From: Octopus bimaculoides | Lineage: Eukaryota | Assembly: GCF_001194135.2 (NCBI RefSeq) | Contig: NC_068981.1 | Location: 107,964,470-108,025,891 of the forward strand | Direction of reading: 5' to 3' | DNA length: 61,422 bases | Part shown: one piece after another, positions 12,664 to 24,810 of the stretch | Position numbering within the stretch: position 1 is the first letter of the stretch | Layout: each line of letters starts with the position of its first letter | Program-made: the position numbers and the translations under genes | Notes under the pieces: model-generated | What the model saw: the letters and a program-made list of their open reading frames with translations, nothing else | What the model was told of the DNA's origin: nothing | Databases searched by the model: none

Positions 12664-13120
12664 TGTAGTGGAATTATTTTCCTCTGGCGTAGTGGACTTC
12701 CATCTATGCGTGATGTGGCTAGTGTGCGGCCAATCGTATTACCTCACACATAGATGCACGACTCGCCATCTCTACAAAATAAAAAAAGAGCGCGTGTTCG
12801 TTTTTCTTACATCCTTAGCACTGCAAACTTCTAACTTACTTGTGCAATTGTAAGTTTTCATGGCTTCCTTCTGACTCCTACATATCTACTCTCACTTTGC
12901 TCACCACTTGTCAACAATTCCAAATAAATTACTATGCTTTAAAAACAAAACATACCTTCTGACATTTATTTCCGCATACACTTATTTCCACGTTATATTG
13001 GGACATTGTTACATTCGAACACGCGACAACTAGCCTTTTTTCAACATTGAACCTATGACATTTAGAACCAGTAACATTAGTGACTACCAACTCACTAAAA
13101 TTTGGTGACACCGACGTGAT
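12664..13120 (+). mobile_element. 5' LTR followed by a tRNA-Trp primer binding site
   Basis: Starts TGTAGTG and ends CACTAAA (13093-13099; one mismatch to the inverted start). TGGTGACACCGACGTGAT at 13103-13120 matches the eukaryotic tRNA-Trp PBS TGGTGACCCCGACGTGAT at 17/18. Confidence 0.7.
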
Positions 13121-13550
13121 CTAAAAATTGGTGATTCAAGTGAACCGCTAGAATTCATCTTCTTCATCTCGAACTTGCACCTGATAGAGTATATATCCTT
13201 CTTCCAATGAAATACACGGTGCTCTTTCAAATAATCTCCTTTTGAAATATTTTAAAATACAATGTCGACTGTCAACGTTTTATACCAGCGAATAGAGCTT
13301 GGAGCTTAGTCCAACATGGTACTTGTCTTCATCTTCCTCGTTAGTTTTTTCCGCGAATTTGTCGCTCTGCGCATGCGCAGTGGATGCACGCGCCAAATAT
13401 CGTGGGTTCTCTATTAAATTCGCCTGTCTTGGATTTTCCATGTGCCGTGACTTCATGATTTTTATAACACTTCGATGAAAGACTTATTCTTCTTTTCTCA
13501 CTAGTTCGGTGTATAGTCATCTCCAGGCGAACGAAACCTTTCATTTTTCA

Positions 13551-13725
13551 AGTAGGAGGACTTATTCTTTGTTAGCCTAATGATTATTCTATCGGTCTCT
13601 ATTGCCGAACCGCTAAGTTACGGGGACGTAAACACACCAGCATCGGTTTCAAGCGATGAACGAGGGACAAACAGACACAAACACATACACACATACGCGC
13701 GCGCGCGCGCACACACGCACGCACG

Positions 13726-13760
<35 letters not shown>

Positions 13761-14177
13761 NNNNNNNNNNNNNNNNNNNNNNNNNNNNNNNNNNNNNNNN
13801 NNNNNNNNNNNNNNNNNNNNNNNNNNNNNNNNNNNNNNNNNNNNNNNNNNNNNNNNNNNNNNNNNNNNNNNNNNNNNNNNNNNNNNNNNNNNNNNNNNNN
13901 NNNNNNNNNNNNNNNNNNNNNNNNNNNNNNNNNNNNNNNNNNNNNNNNNNNNNNNNNNNNNNNNNNNNNNNNNNNNNNNNNNNNNNNNNNATATATATAT
14001 ATATATATATACACGACGAGCTTCTTTCAGTTTCCATCTACCAAATCCATTCGCAAGGCTTTGGTCGGCTCGAAGCTATAGTAGAAGACACTTGCCCAAG
14101 GTGCCACGCAGTAGGACTGAACCCGGAATCATGTGGTTGGTAAACAAGCTATTTATCACATAGCCACTCTTGCGCCT
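13551..14177 (-). mobile_element. SINE, dominant family, with internal (CA)n/(TA)n spanning an assembly gap
   Basis: tRNA head at 14090-14177 and tail at 13551-13680, matching the copy at 23050-23450. Confidence 0.9.
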
Positions 14178-14605
14178 AAATTTTTCTTTTAGATGTTCGT
14201 TTGTATGTCCGTTCAGAGAAGACTCTAGTGTTTTTGCAATAAAAAGGATGTTTACATCTTTGAATACTCAGGGAGAAAGGGAAGGAAAGAAAAGGAAGAT
14301 TTAATTATTAAAAAAAAATTGTAGAAATTAAGGTGTTAAAATTTACTGAAGATGATCTTTTGTCTGTCCGAACAGAGAAAAAAAGAAAGAAAACTGTAGT
14401 GTTCTTGGAATAAAGAGGATGTTTGCATTTTCGAATACTCTGGAAGAGAAGAAAGGATAGGTATTCACAGAAGTTGTAGACATTAAAGGTTTTAAAGCTG
14501 ATCGTTTATGTTTTCGAAAACTGTAGATATGTAAGTTTCTTAACTTATTTTGAAGGAAATTCAAAATACTACAGGAAATTGTAGATATTCCAGTCTTTGG
14601 GAGTT

Positions 14606-14610
14606 ATTAC

Positions 14611-14665
<55 letters not shown>

Positions 14666-14920
14666 TAGTTTTATTTTTATAACGTGCTTTCACTTCACTA
14701 CCGAGCGCAGCTCTGTGCGCCTTGGGTATGTGCTGTGGTTTGCTGTGGTGCTCTTATATTTACTGTATTGAAAGTGTTTTGCGTAGAATGTGTGCAGTAC
14801 CCAGTAGTGCAATTTTCTGTATGTTATATATATTTGTAAGTCCTGCTATTTTTGTTATGTATTTGTCTGAATATTTTTTTATTATACCTAAGGCACCTAC
14901 TATGATAGGAATTGTTTCTG
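14606..14920 (-). mobile_element. R4/Dong-clade non-LTR retrotransposon 3' end with (TAA)n tail
   Basis: Near-identical to 41486-41810; ends in a long (TTA)n at 14606-14662 on the plus strand. Confidence 0.85.
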
Positions 14921-15689
14921 NNNNNNNNNNNNNNNNNNNNNNNNNNNNNNNNNNNNNNNNNNNNNNNNNNNNNNNNNNNNNNNNNNNNNNNNNNNNNNNN
15001 NNNNNNNNNNNNNNNNNNNNNNNNNNNNNNNNNNNNNNNNNNNNNNNNNNNNNNNNNNNNNNNNNNNNNNNNNNNNNNNNNNNNNNNNNNNNNNNNNNNN
15101 NNNNNNNNNNNNNNNNNNNNNNNNNNNNNNNNNNNNNNNNNNNNNNNNNNNNNNNNNNNNNNNNNNNNNNNNNNNNNNNNNNNNNNNNNNNNNNNNNNNN
15201 NNNNNNNNNNNNNNNNNNNNNNGTGTGTGTGTGTGTGTGTGCGTGTATGTGTGTCTGTGTGTCTGTCTGTCTGTCTGTCTGTCTGTGTCTGTGTTTCTGT
15301 GTATGTACCTGAATGTGTACCTAAGTACTTTGTAAAAGAAACCAAACATTTACTATATGGCGCCAACTAGACCAGCCCAGCCCAGTATGCTTGCTATGGC
15401 TGAGAGTGATGTCAATATCTTCAGTCTAATGAGTGCGGTAAGCTGGCAAAATCGTTAGATCCTCCGAAAAAATGCTTTGCGATATTTCTTCTAGCACCTA
15501 ATTGTATTCAAGTCCTGCCGAGGTCAAGCTGTCTTTTATTCTTTCAGCATGGCAAGTCTTAGCTCTGGGGTACCTGTGTACTTATGCCTAAATCAGAAGC
15601 TTTTATTATTAGTGTAAAAATAGTCATATCATGCTACGTCAGTAGGCCGTTTGTCCACACTTTTGGTTATCTTCTATATTTAGTCTATT

Positions 15690-16880
15690 ACTGTTTTACG
15701 GTTTAGGCTATGACTAAGACGATATGCGTGGTCTTAAGAAATACTACAGCTATAACTAAAAAGACTTGTCAGTCCGCCTCATGGTCGCGGTAAATAAAAT
15801 TAAAAAGGTGTTGCTCTGGATGACGGCGAGGGAGATGCTATGGAACAGCCCCTCTGACTCACGGGGTTTCGCACTTGTGAATAGCCGTCACATGACGGCT
15901 GATACTTTAATATTTTGCCCTTCTCGGCTTGGCGAGCAGCAGAGCTTGGGCTGGCAGGCGAACACACTAGGTTGCCGCTGGAGAAGGTGTCGCAGCAACT
16001 GGCATCCCAGATGAGGGGCCTATCAGTGCGGAACGGGAAAATTGTCATGCCGTCTGGCCTCTTAGCGTGCCTTTTGTTCAGCCCAGCGGGTACGAGCTGG
16101 GAAGTGAAGCCTGCGGCGTTTAGATCATGCTTTATGATCTCATTGAGAGCAGCTTGACGTGGAAGGCAGCCAGTACTATAATGGCATGACAATAAGTGAG
16201 GACCGAAGAACCCACAGTGGATCCACAGCGGCATTTGTGAGGTTTACAGATCTGGGGACGAAGCGTCAAGGAAACACCGATACGCCAACATTCGCTATTT
16301 AACTGAGCGCCAGTCGAAAGTGATGGCACTTCATTGAGCCAGGTAGCGCTGTGGAGCCGGGAGGCCGAGCGGAAACATGCCAGACGATACTTATTAAGAT
16401 GGTGCACCAGCCCGTCGGAGATCATGCTGGACTGGATGGCGTCCCATTTGTTTTAGGGGGACCGGACACCCACAAAGAGAAGAGTTGGGTGGACGTCTTC
16501 AGTGTGACGGTAGAGATGGCTCCATGTCGCGTAGGCTACATCGCGGTCCCCATTTGCAGTATGTACAGCTGTGTTGTGGAGAACCCTGTTGATGAGGATA
16601 TGACAAGAGTCACCGGCGAAAGAAATGCCTGCAAGTGCAGTGAGACCGAAGGCCGGAGACGGGAGGCCTGAAGCAGAGGCTGCCATAGCTGACAGGCAAG
16701 ATAGCTTGTTGCCACTTAGTGTCGCCAAACCGGATGTTGCATATTTCCTCGGCGGCCAGTTGGATACAGGCGTCAAGATCTTTGAGGAGAGATGCGTGGC
16801 TATAGCAAGGGGCACGGCGGAAGGTATATAGAAACTTCGGAATGACGGAGTATTTCCTAACCACTTTAGAATCAAAACAT
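15690..16880 (-). mobile_element. CRE-clade-like non-LTR retrotransposon, 3' part (post-RT region, zinc knuckle, restriction-like endonuclease), frameshifted
   Basis: IPKFLYTFR.APC...ICNI.F.DTKWQQAILPV.YG; CKPHKCRCG; HLLSC...RQAALNEIIK; KRPDGMTIFPF....LIWDASC.DT (PD..D). More GC-rich than the flanks. Confidence 0.75.
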
Positions 16881-17562
16881 GTCAGTTAATCAATTATCTA
16901 CTTTGGCTAGAGTGAGGTATCTCTAGTGTATTCGGCTAGTTTCAAATCGGATAAAAATTTCACGGAGAATTTTCAAATCCTGCAATTGTCTTTGTTAAGA
17001 GGAATTTTATGATTGCTACTAGAGTTTCAAATTGTGAGGAACATCCACCGAAGATGATACCAAATCTGAACACCCTTAAACTACAACAGGCAGCGATTAT
17101 ATTGCTAAAATGTGTGCTGTTATCTGTGGAAATCGTCACCTAACTACTGTCCTTCAAAGTTTCCAAAAAACTAGATACAATAATACCTCACTTTACGAAA
17201 CCCCAGGTTTACGAGTTTACTTTTTCAAGCGCAAGATTCAAATTTTGAACTAAGTGCAAAAGTTTCTACTACCATAACAAATGCTTCTGCGTGTTGCTGA
17301 GAAATTTATAGAGTGAAAAAAGTTTCTAAGCAAACCGCTCTAGACTTGTTTTTTTAAAAAGAAATCTACAAGTCTATATACAAGTGCTTGTGAATCAGCG
17401 ATCGCGTCTACAAGTGATGGTGAGTACGAGTCTAGTGCGAGTATAAGTAATTCAGAAAACGATTATAATATTTTCCATTATAAATGATCTTGACGTTCTT
17501 TCTACTTCACATAAAATATTCTTTACATTCTACTGTTGTTTTATTGCCATTTATTTACGAAT

Positions 17563-18027
17563 ATTACTCTTTTCTCTCTTTTACTTGTTTCAGTCATTTG
17601 ACTGCAGCCATGCTGGAGCACCACCTTTAGTCGAGCAAATCGACCCCGGGACTTATTCTTTGTAAGCCTAGTACTTATTCTATCGGTCTCTTTTGCCGAA
17701 CCGCTAAGTGACGGGGACATAAACACACCAGCATCGGTTGTCAAGCAATGCTAGGGGGACAAACACAGACACAAACACACACACACACANNNNNNNNNNN
17801 NNNNNNNNNNNNNNNNNNNNNNNNNNNNNNNNNNNNNNNNNNNNNNNNNNNNNNNNNNNNNNNNNNNNNNNNNNNNNNNNNNNNNNNNNNNNNNNNNNNN
17901 NNNNNNNNNNNNNNNNNNNNNNNNNNNNNNNNNNNNNNNNNNNNNNNNNNNNNNNNNNNNNNNNNNNNNNNNNNNNNNNNNNNNNNNNNNNNNNNNNNNN
18001 NNTTACCACACAGCCACTCCTGCGCCT
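17563..18027 (-). mobile_element. SINE, dominant family, gap in internal microsatellite
   Basis: Tail at 17563-17790 and 5' end ttaccacacagccactcctgcgcct at 18003-18027. Confidence 0.9.
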
Positions 18028-18214
18028 ATATGCCAACATTCGCTATGTGAAATATGTGAAATATTTTTCTGGGAACGAATTACGATTTATAACATTGCTA
18101 CTATGGGAAATTATTGCTATACTTTACGAGTTTTCGCTTTACAAGCTGTCTTCGGGAACAAATTAACTCGCATATTGAAGCATTACTGTGTCTGTATTTC
18201 TGTTGCTCTGCATC

Positions 18215-18245
<31 letters not shown>

Positions 18246-18289
18246 CATACATACATACATACATACATACATACATACAGAGACCAAGC

Positions 18290-18520
18290 GTTATATTGAA
18301 TCTGTGGGAAATTTAATTCCAGATACAAAAATCATCTTTCATCCTTTAGATACCCCGAGAAGAGACATGCATCAACCAGCATTCATCTGGAAACTTATGG
18401 ACGAGAACGTCAGCTACAACATCAATTGGAAGCTCCTTTCTAAGACCAAACTTTGTATTAACAGGTCAAAAATATTTCCATATTCTTACTTGGAAAACTG
18501 TATCTTTTAAAAGACTTAAG
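18290..18520 (+). mobile_element. Penelope-like element C-terminal fragment
   Basis: FIWKLMDENVSYNINWKLLSK.K, typical of the region after the GIY-YIG domain in PLEs. Confidence 0.5.
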
Positions 18521-18949
18521 AACCTCCAGTGATTGTGTAAATATCAGGAGCGAGAAAGTACATTTTAGCGGAAATTAAAGATAACCCACCGGACTCATCA
18601 GAAACCATTCAAGTGTTAGTTTATGTAATTTTGATATTCGTAAGACACTGGTTATATTTACTGTGAAGTTAATTATTTTCCCTGTGTTTTTCTATTTTTT
18701 TCTAAATGCGCATGCTCATTGAAACGTCGATTGCATCGAAAACGATTGCTAAACCGTCTTGTTTCTAACAACTTGATAAATAGCGAAAAAATTGATATTT
18801 TGGCCAAGAAACCCTGGGTAGCTGTATTCACAAGGTTTTTGTGTGTAGTTTTCATTAAAATAATATCTTTGCTCTCTTAACTTCTCGAATGCTTGTGCTA
18901 CTTGTTGAAGTCTTGCTACGCGCGCGCGCGCGCATATATATGCAGGGAG

Positions 18950-18988
<39 letters not shown>

Positions 18989-19698
18989 AGACAGCAGATA
19001 CAGGGAGAGAAAGTGCAGACAAACTGAAACTGACAGAAAAGTCAGGATGCTTGGCAAACAGCCGGTTCCGATGACACCGAGATCAATGACCCAATATGTT
19101 TCAACATAATTAGTTAATGAATGATGAACAACACACAATACAGATGCACGCATACATGCACTTAGATATGGACTCTTTCGTCTTTTTCCACAAACGATTG
19201 TTCAGCTTGTTCAATCAATCCAATTATATATTCATTGAAATTGTAATGTGTATCTGACTCGCTCTTAGACACTTGTATGATTAACATAATCCACTGACAG
19301 GAGACTGTATATAGCATGGTTGTGCTTAAATTACGTGCACAGCCCGTACGACAGTTTCTTTCTAATTTTATTCCCTAGATTTGGATTGATTCCAGAAGAC
19401 ATTTGCTCAAAATGCTGCGATTTGCGTTCGAATTCAGTCGCACCTACGTGCGAAGCAAAATTCTTAACCACGCAGTCACGGCGCATGCGCACATTTATAT
19501 GAAGATTCAAACCTCTTTTTTTACCGCTTCTTGACAAGTAAGAGCATGGCCGCTGACTCTGGGAGAAGGGAAGTATTCTAAATCTGGAGATCTGATCCAA
19601 ATGCTTATAGCAGTAACGTTAAACCGCATGGTCTTAAATCACTTTTGTTATAACTTGACGCGCGAGCACACACACACAAACTCACACACACACACACA

Positions 19699-19730
<32 letters not shown>

Positions 19731-19736
<6 letters not shown>

Positions 19737-21535
19737 GTTCCGCATTATTAGGCAAATCAACCTTCTCTCAATAAATAAATGTATATTCCTTCAAAACCAG
19801 TTGTTTTCTCAGTGACTGTTGGCAACAGTTATCTGCGCACATTCCGTTAGAATAAATCGGATCTGCGCAGACGCCAACAAATGGCGGCCACTTTTGTGAT
19901 TGGGAAACATTTTCACCATCACAACTGATTAGGCAAGTATAATAAAAATGCTAATTGCGTCAGAACAAATGTTTATTTAATTCAATAGTAAATGTTTAAC
20001 AAAAAATTATTCATCAAGGACTTAATGATAAACATAATATATTCGAATGAAAGTAATCATGGGATTATGATGTCATACAGCACTTAATGTTTGATGTATG
20101 ATCCTCCACATGCAATAACCTTCCTTACGTGTTGTCCATTGAATTTGTCGAGGTGATGATGTTCTCTTGCGTCATGCTTTGGGTAGTATCTACGATATCA
20201 TCCCAGAGGGCAACCATGTTTGAAATCTGCTGTCCATCATAGTAAACGCACCTCTTCAGGACAATCTACAGGTTCTCGATCAGGTTTAAGTCAGGGGAAC
20301 AAGGTGACCACTCTGTCAAACAGCCTCCAGAAAAGCCTATTCGCTGCAGATATTCCTTACAATTCTTCGCTGCATGAGATAGGGCATTATCTTGCATTAA
20401 GACCAGCTTTCTCTTGAATGAAAGTTTTTTTTTGTTTTTCTTTTTTTTGCTTGTTGAACCACGGTTGGAAATTGTCCTTTAAGAAGGCAACATGAGTTTT
20501 CGATGTCATCTTAATGCCATCTGGGACTAATCATGGCCCAACTATCATACCACCAACGAACGTTTACTCCAGCCATCTGGTCGATCAAGGGTAGCACGAC
20601 ATTCGTCAGTGAACAGAACTGTTGAAAAATCTATCTTCATGTATTCTTCTGCCCATTCCAGTCTCTTCTGCTTATGAACAGCCTTCAGAAGGGGGGTCTT
20701 GTAACAGGTTTAACATTCCTCGCCACCTGCTTCAAGAGGCGACACCTGGTAGTTTTCGATATGTCTTCCCTGCCACAACGTTTGAAAACTTCTCTACTTG
20801 TCACTGTGGAGGCGCAATGGCCCAGTGGTTAGGGTAGCGGACTCGCGGTCATAAGATCGCGGTTTCGATTCCCAGACCGGGCGTTGTGAGTGTTTATTGA
20901 GCGAAAACACCTAAGGCNNNNNNNNNNNNNNNNNNNNNNNNNNNNNNNNNNNNNNNNNNNNNNNNNNNNNNNNNNNNNNNNNNNNNNNNNNNCGGCAGGG
21001 GATGGTGGCGAACCCTGCTGTACTCTTCCACCACAACTTTCTCTCACTCTTTCTTCCTGTTTCTGTTGTACCTGTATTTCAAAGGGCCAGCCTTGTCACA
21101 CTCTGTGTCACGCTGAATATCCCCGAGAACTACGTTAAAGGTACACGTGTCTGTGGATTGCTCAGCCACTTGCACGTTAATTTCACGAGCAGGCTGTTCC
21201 ATTGATCGGATCGACTGGAACCCTCGACGTCGTAAGCGACGGAGTGCCAAAAACAACTACTTGTCACACATGGGTTCCGCACAACTTCCTTTTTCACACG
21301 TGACAAACAACCCCGACTTACCCTCATCTGTCCTCGACCAGCAGGAAATAGGAGACAGCACAAATTTCTTCACTGTTCAGTGATCTCTTCTCAGTATTTT
21401 TGATATTTCTATGGTTACTTTTCCTTTTCCAAGGTCTGACACGATGATAGACTTCTCATTCGAGGTAAGATCATGTTTCTGGCCCATAATGACACTTAAA
21501 TTGGGCACCTGCCTAATAATTTTGGACAGCAGAAA
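19731..21535 (-). mobile_element. Tc1 (DD34E) element, near full length, decayed, interrupted by a SINE
   Basis: TIR-like ends ctgcgttccgcattattaggca (19733) and tgcctaataattttggacagcag (about 21506-21528). N-terminus MGQKHDLTSNEKSIIV..LGKG (21377-21484); WSPCSPDLNLIENL near 20260-20305. Confidence 0.8.
20805..21256 (+). mobile_element. Second tRNA-derived SINE family, inserted in the Tc1 element with an 11-bp TSD
   Basis: Head ggcccagtggttagggtagcggactc...ggtttcgattccc; TSD ctacttgtcac at 20794-20804 and 21257-21267. Confidence 0.9.
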
Positions 21536-21659
21536 TGTTGCTCCTACACGATAATAGCTGCCGGTTGAGAAAATAAAAACGCCCAAAGATGGTGGCCAAG
21601 ATCAAGGAGGTGTTCAATGATCATCCCAGGGACAGAGTGAGGAATGAATGCATCAGGTT

Positions 21660-22380
21660 CTGGAACCGTCTTTAGTCAATTAGGCCTCAAAATCACTGTT
21701 ACGACTAATCTTTCCAAAAGTCGACTTCTTAGATGTTTCCCTTGACCTAAACTCCCGCTCTTTTTAACCCTACCATAAACCAAACGAGAACCTGATAGCT
21801 AACATCAGTAATAGGATACCTAATCTCTCCTCTTCAAAAGAAATATTTGATAAGGCATCCCCCTACTATAACAATACATTGCTAACAGCAGCTTCAAAGA
21901 TAAGATATATTACCACACTTCAATTAAAAATATGAAACCTAAAAATAACCCAAAAATTAATCTAGGAAACTAATTGGCTCACCGCCCCTCTTCCCCCTAA
22001 ATATGAAAACTAATGTAGGCAAAAATTCCTGGTTATTTTAGATAAGAATTTCTCAGTAAATCATAAATACAAGGAGATTTTTAATAGATGTTCGATAAAA
22101 ATATCATGGTGCTGCCCCAATATGAAGAACATCATCATTGTTAAACCACACCAAGAGTTCACTCCCACTTGTAACTGTCGAGACTCTGAAGCTTGCCCAC
22201 TTGACCAGATATATACGATAAATACTGTCATCTATGAGGCAGAAGACGCAGCAACGCTTCAAGATAACGTAACTGAAAAGAAAAATTACATCGGTTTATG
22301 CAAAGTCAATTTTGGAAGACGTAATGCAAACCACCAGTCTTCTTTATGGTACATCTACAAGAGTGAAGCCAATAAGTTGG
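21660..22380 (+). mobile_element. Penelope-like element fragment (RT thumb to GIY-YIG), degenerate
   Basis: QLGLKITV..VDFLDVSLDL; NISNRI..LSSSKEIFDKA; CNCRDSEACPLD; VIYEA..KNYIGL...FGRRNANH. Confidence 0.8.
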
Positions 22381-22458
22381 GTTTATTCTCACACCAACTC
22401 ATTCACTAACATGTGAATGAGTTGGTATGAGAATAAATAACTAGAAAATAAATAAATG

Positions 22459-22510
22459 TATAGATAGATAGATGGATAGATAGATGGATAGATAGATAGA
22501 TAGATAGATG

Positions 22511-22564
<54 letters not shown>

Positions 22565-22577
22565 GACAGACAGACAG
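22459..22577. repeat. (GATA)n microsatellite
   Basis: Direct tandem units. Confidence 0.95.
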
Positions 22578-23049
22578 ATATAGATGTAGGTGTACTTGTA
22601 CTCATGTAATGGGTATGCGTGTCACTTTAGTACACAAGTGTGCGTTTAATTAGTTTTTATGTACGTCACTATGCCATATGCATATCGCGATATTTATTCA
22701 AGGAAACTCAGTTGGAGAATACCCGGAATGTTTTACAAACTTCCTTGTACCACTAATCTATTAGATTTAAAGGATATAAATCAGTTTGTTTTTATTATTT
22801 CTCGGAAAATTTCAGCATTTCCATGTTGTTGTTGTTTTGTTCTTTTTTATGCGGACCCAGTTCACCTGTGATAATAGGTACAAATGAACATCTATAACCC
22901 GAATATAAGAGCTGAAAGTTCATCAAAGATGTCGGCTTTTATCTTTAGATGAGATATTCACAGCCACTGAGCAGTGTATGTATGTATGTATGTATGTATG
23001 TATGTATGTACGTATGTATGTATGTACGTATGTATATATGTATGTATTT

Positions 23050-23255
23050 TTCTTTCTTTTTTTACTTGTTTCAGTCATTTGATTGCAGCCATGCTGGAAC
23101 ACCGCCTTTAGTCGAACAAATTGACCCCAGAGCTTATTCTTTGTAAGCCTAGTACTTATTCTGTTGTTCTCTTTTGCCGAGCCGCTAATTTACGGGGATG
23201 TAAACACACCAACATCGGTTGTCAAGCGATGACGGGGAGACAAACACAGACACAG

Positions 23256-23286
<31 letters not shown>

Positions 23287-23450
23287 CGACGGACCTCTTT
23301 CAATTTCCGTCTACCAAATCCATTCACAAAGCTTTAGTCGGCCCGAGGCTATAGTAGAAGACACTTGCCCAAAGTGCCACACAGTGGGACTGAACCCGGA
23401 ACCATGTGGTTGGGAAACAAGCTTATTACCACACAGCCACTCATGCGCCT
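23050..23450 (-). mobile_element. Complete ungapped copy of the dominant SINE
   Basis: tRNA head (23395-23450), CORE-like cttgggcaagtgtctt, internal (TA)n/(CATA)n, tail ending in tttcagtcatttga. Confidence 0.9.
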
Positions 23451-24020
23451 ATGCACATGTATGATTTTTCTTTGAATTTAATCTAAGTTCTTCTTGAGAG
23501 AGTTCTAGCTTGTTGCTAACAAGGTGACAAGACCTTTCGAGTTAAGAGAGTTCCCAGTATTTGTAAATATGTGAGTTGGTTGAACTGTCGATGCATACAC
23601 CCAAGTGTGTGCATCTATTCACATAAGAATCTCACATCTTGGAATGTCTTATAAATCTTCACTGTGCCACTAATAGACTGGATTTGGAGAATCCGCGTCG
23701 GTTTCTTTTTCTCTTTTTCCATGAAACCGAGTATGTCTAGGTTTTCGTGCAAATTTGTTGGCACATAACCTAATGCACCTATGATGATAGATACAAATGA
23801 GAATACATAGTCAGGCTACAAGAGCTGTAAGTTCCGCATTAATTCGCCAAGAGTTTCCCTTGGGGGGGGGGGGACTTTTGATTGCACATTCACATCTACT
23901 GGGCAGCTGACCTCTACAAAAGTGCATGACTTTTGCCTCTGTGCCACAGAACAATATTAGGTTTGTTATGTTTGCAACGAATTGATGTTTTTATTGTGTT
24001 GTTCTACCAGTATTCCTTGT

Positions 24021-24810
24021 TTATGTATGTATGTATGTATGTATGTATGTAGGCTTGTTTGTATGTATGTATGCATGCATGTATTATGTATGTATGTATG
24101 CTTGTTTGTATGAATGTATGGATGCTTGTTTGTATATGTGTATGTATGTGTATATGTATTATTACGTATGCGCGTATGTATGTATGTCATTGTTCAGTTT
24201 TATTTCAAGATTTCTTGCCAATAGAGAAAGAGCCGGTTTCTAACCTGATTCAAGGCTTCTTCATTGGAATTTCAACACCAACAACAGGGTATTTTTGTAT
24301 GCATGTGTGTATGTATGCATGTATGTATGTATGTATGTATGTGTGCATGTATGTATGTATGTATGTATGTATGTATGTATGTATGTATGTATGTGTGCAG
24401 ATTTGTATGTTTTGTAAATTTTGACCGGCCACCGATTTGGTAGCAAAGTTATGAAGGAAAGCATCCTGATTTAACCATCATCTTTTAAATCTTAAGAAGG
24501 TTTGCAAATGTTTATAGCCCCAGATATTGTGACCATCTGTAGCTCATGAATTAAGGATTTGCATTCTCTCCCCAAGATTTCAAGTTCAGCCAATCTCTCC
24601 TCCAGACAGGTTGCTATGTATCCTATTGCTCTATTAATGAGTATGAAGCTGAAGTGTATCCTTCAAAGTATGTATGTATGTATGTATGTATGTATGTATG
24701 TATGTATGTATGTATGCATGTATGTATGTATGTATGTGTGTATGTATGTATGTGTGTGTATGTATGTATGCGTGCATGTATGTGTGTATGAATGTATATA
24801 TGTATGTTTG
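24021..24810. repeat. Compound (GTAT)n microsatellite blocks
   Basis: Degenerate GTAT arrays at about 24021-24185, 24295-24395 and 24668-24810. Confidence 0.9.

Noticed and set aside
17185-17400. Tigger/pogo-like end (KQTALDLFFKK), and a hAT-MITE-like start cagcgtttctcaac at 51253
   Set aside because: Only one terminus or motif each, with no matching second TIR or TSD found.
19380-19537. Exon-like segment with a good acceptor and GTAAGA donor; similar candidates at 8261-8359, 46621-46687, 47770-47839 and 48090-48180 (minus)
   Set aside because: No frame gives a recognisable protein and most contain stops; cannot be supported without RNA data.
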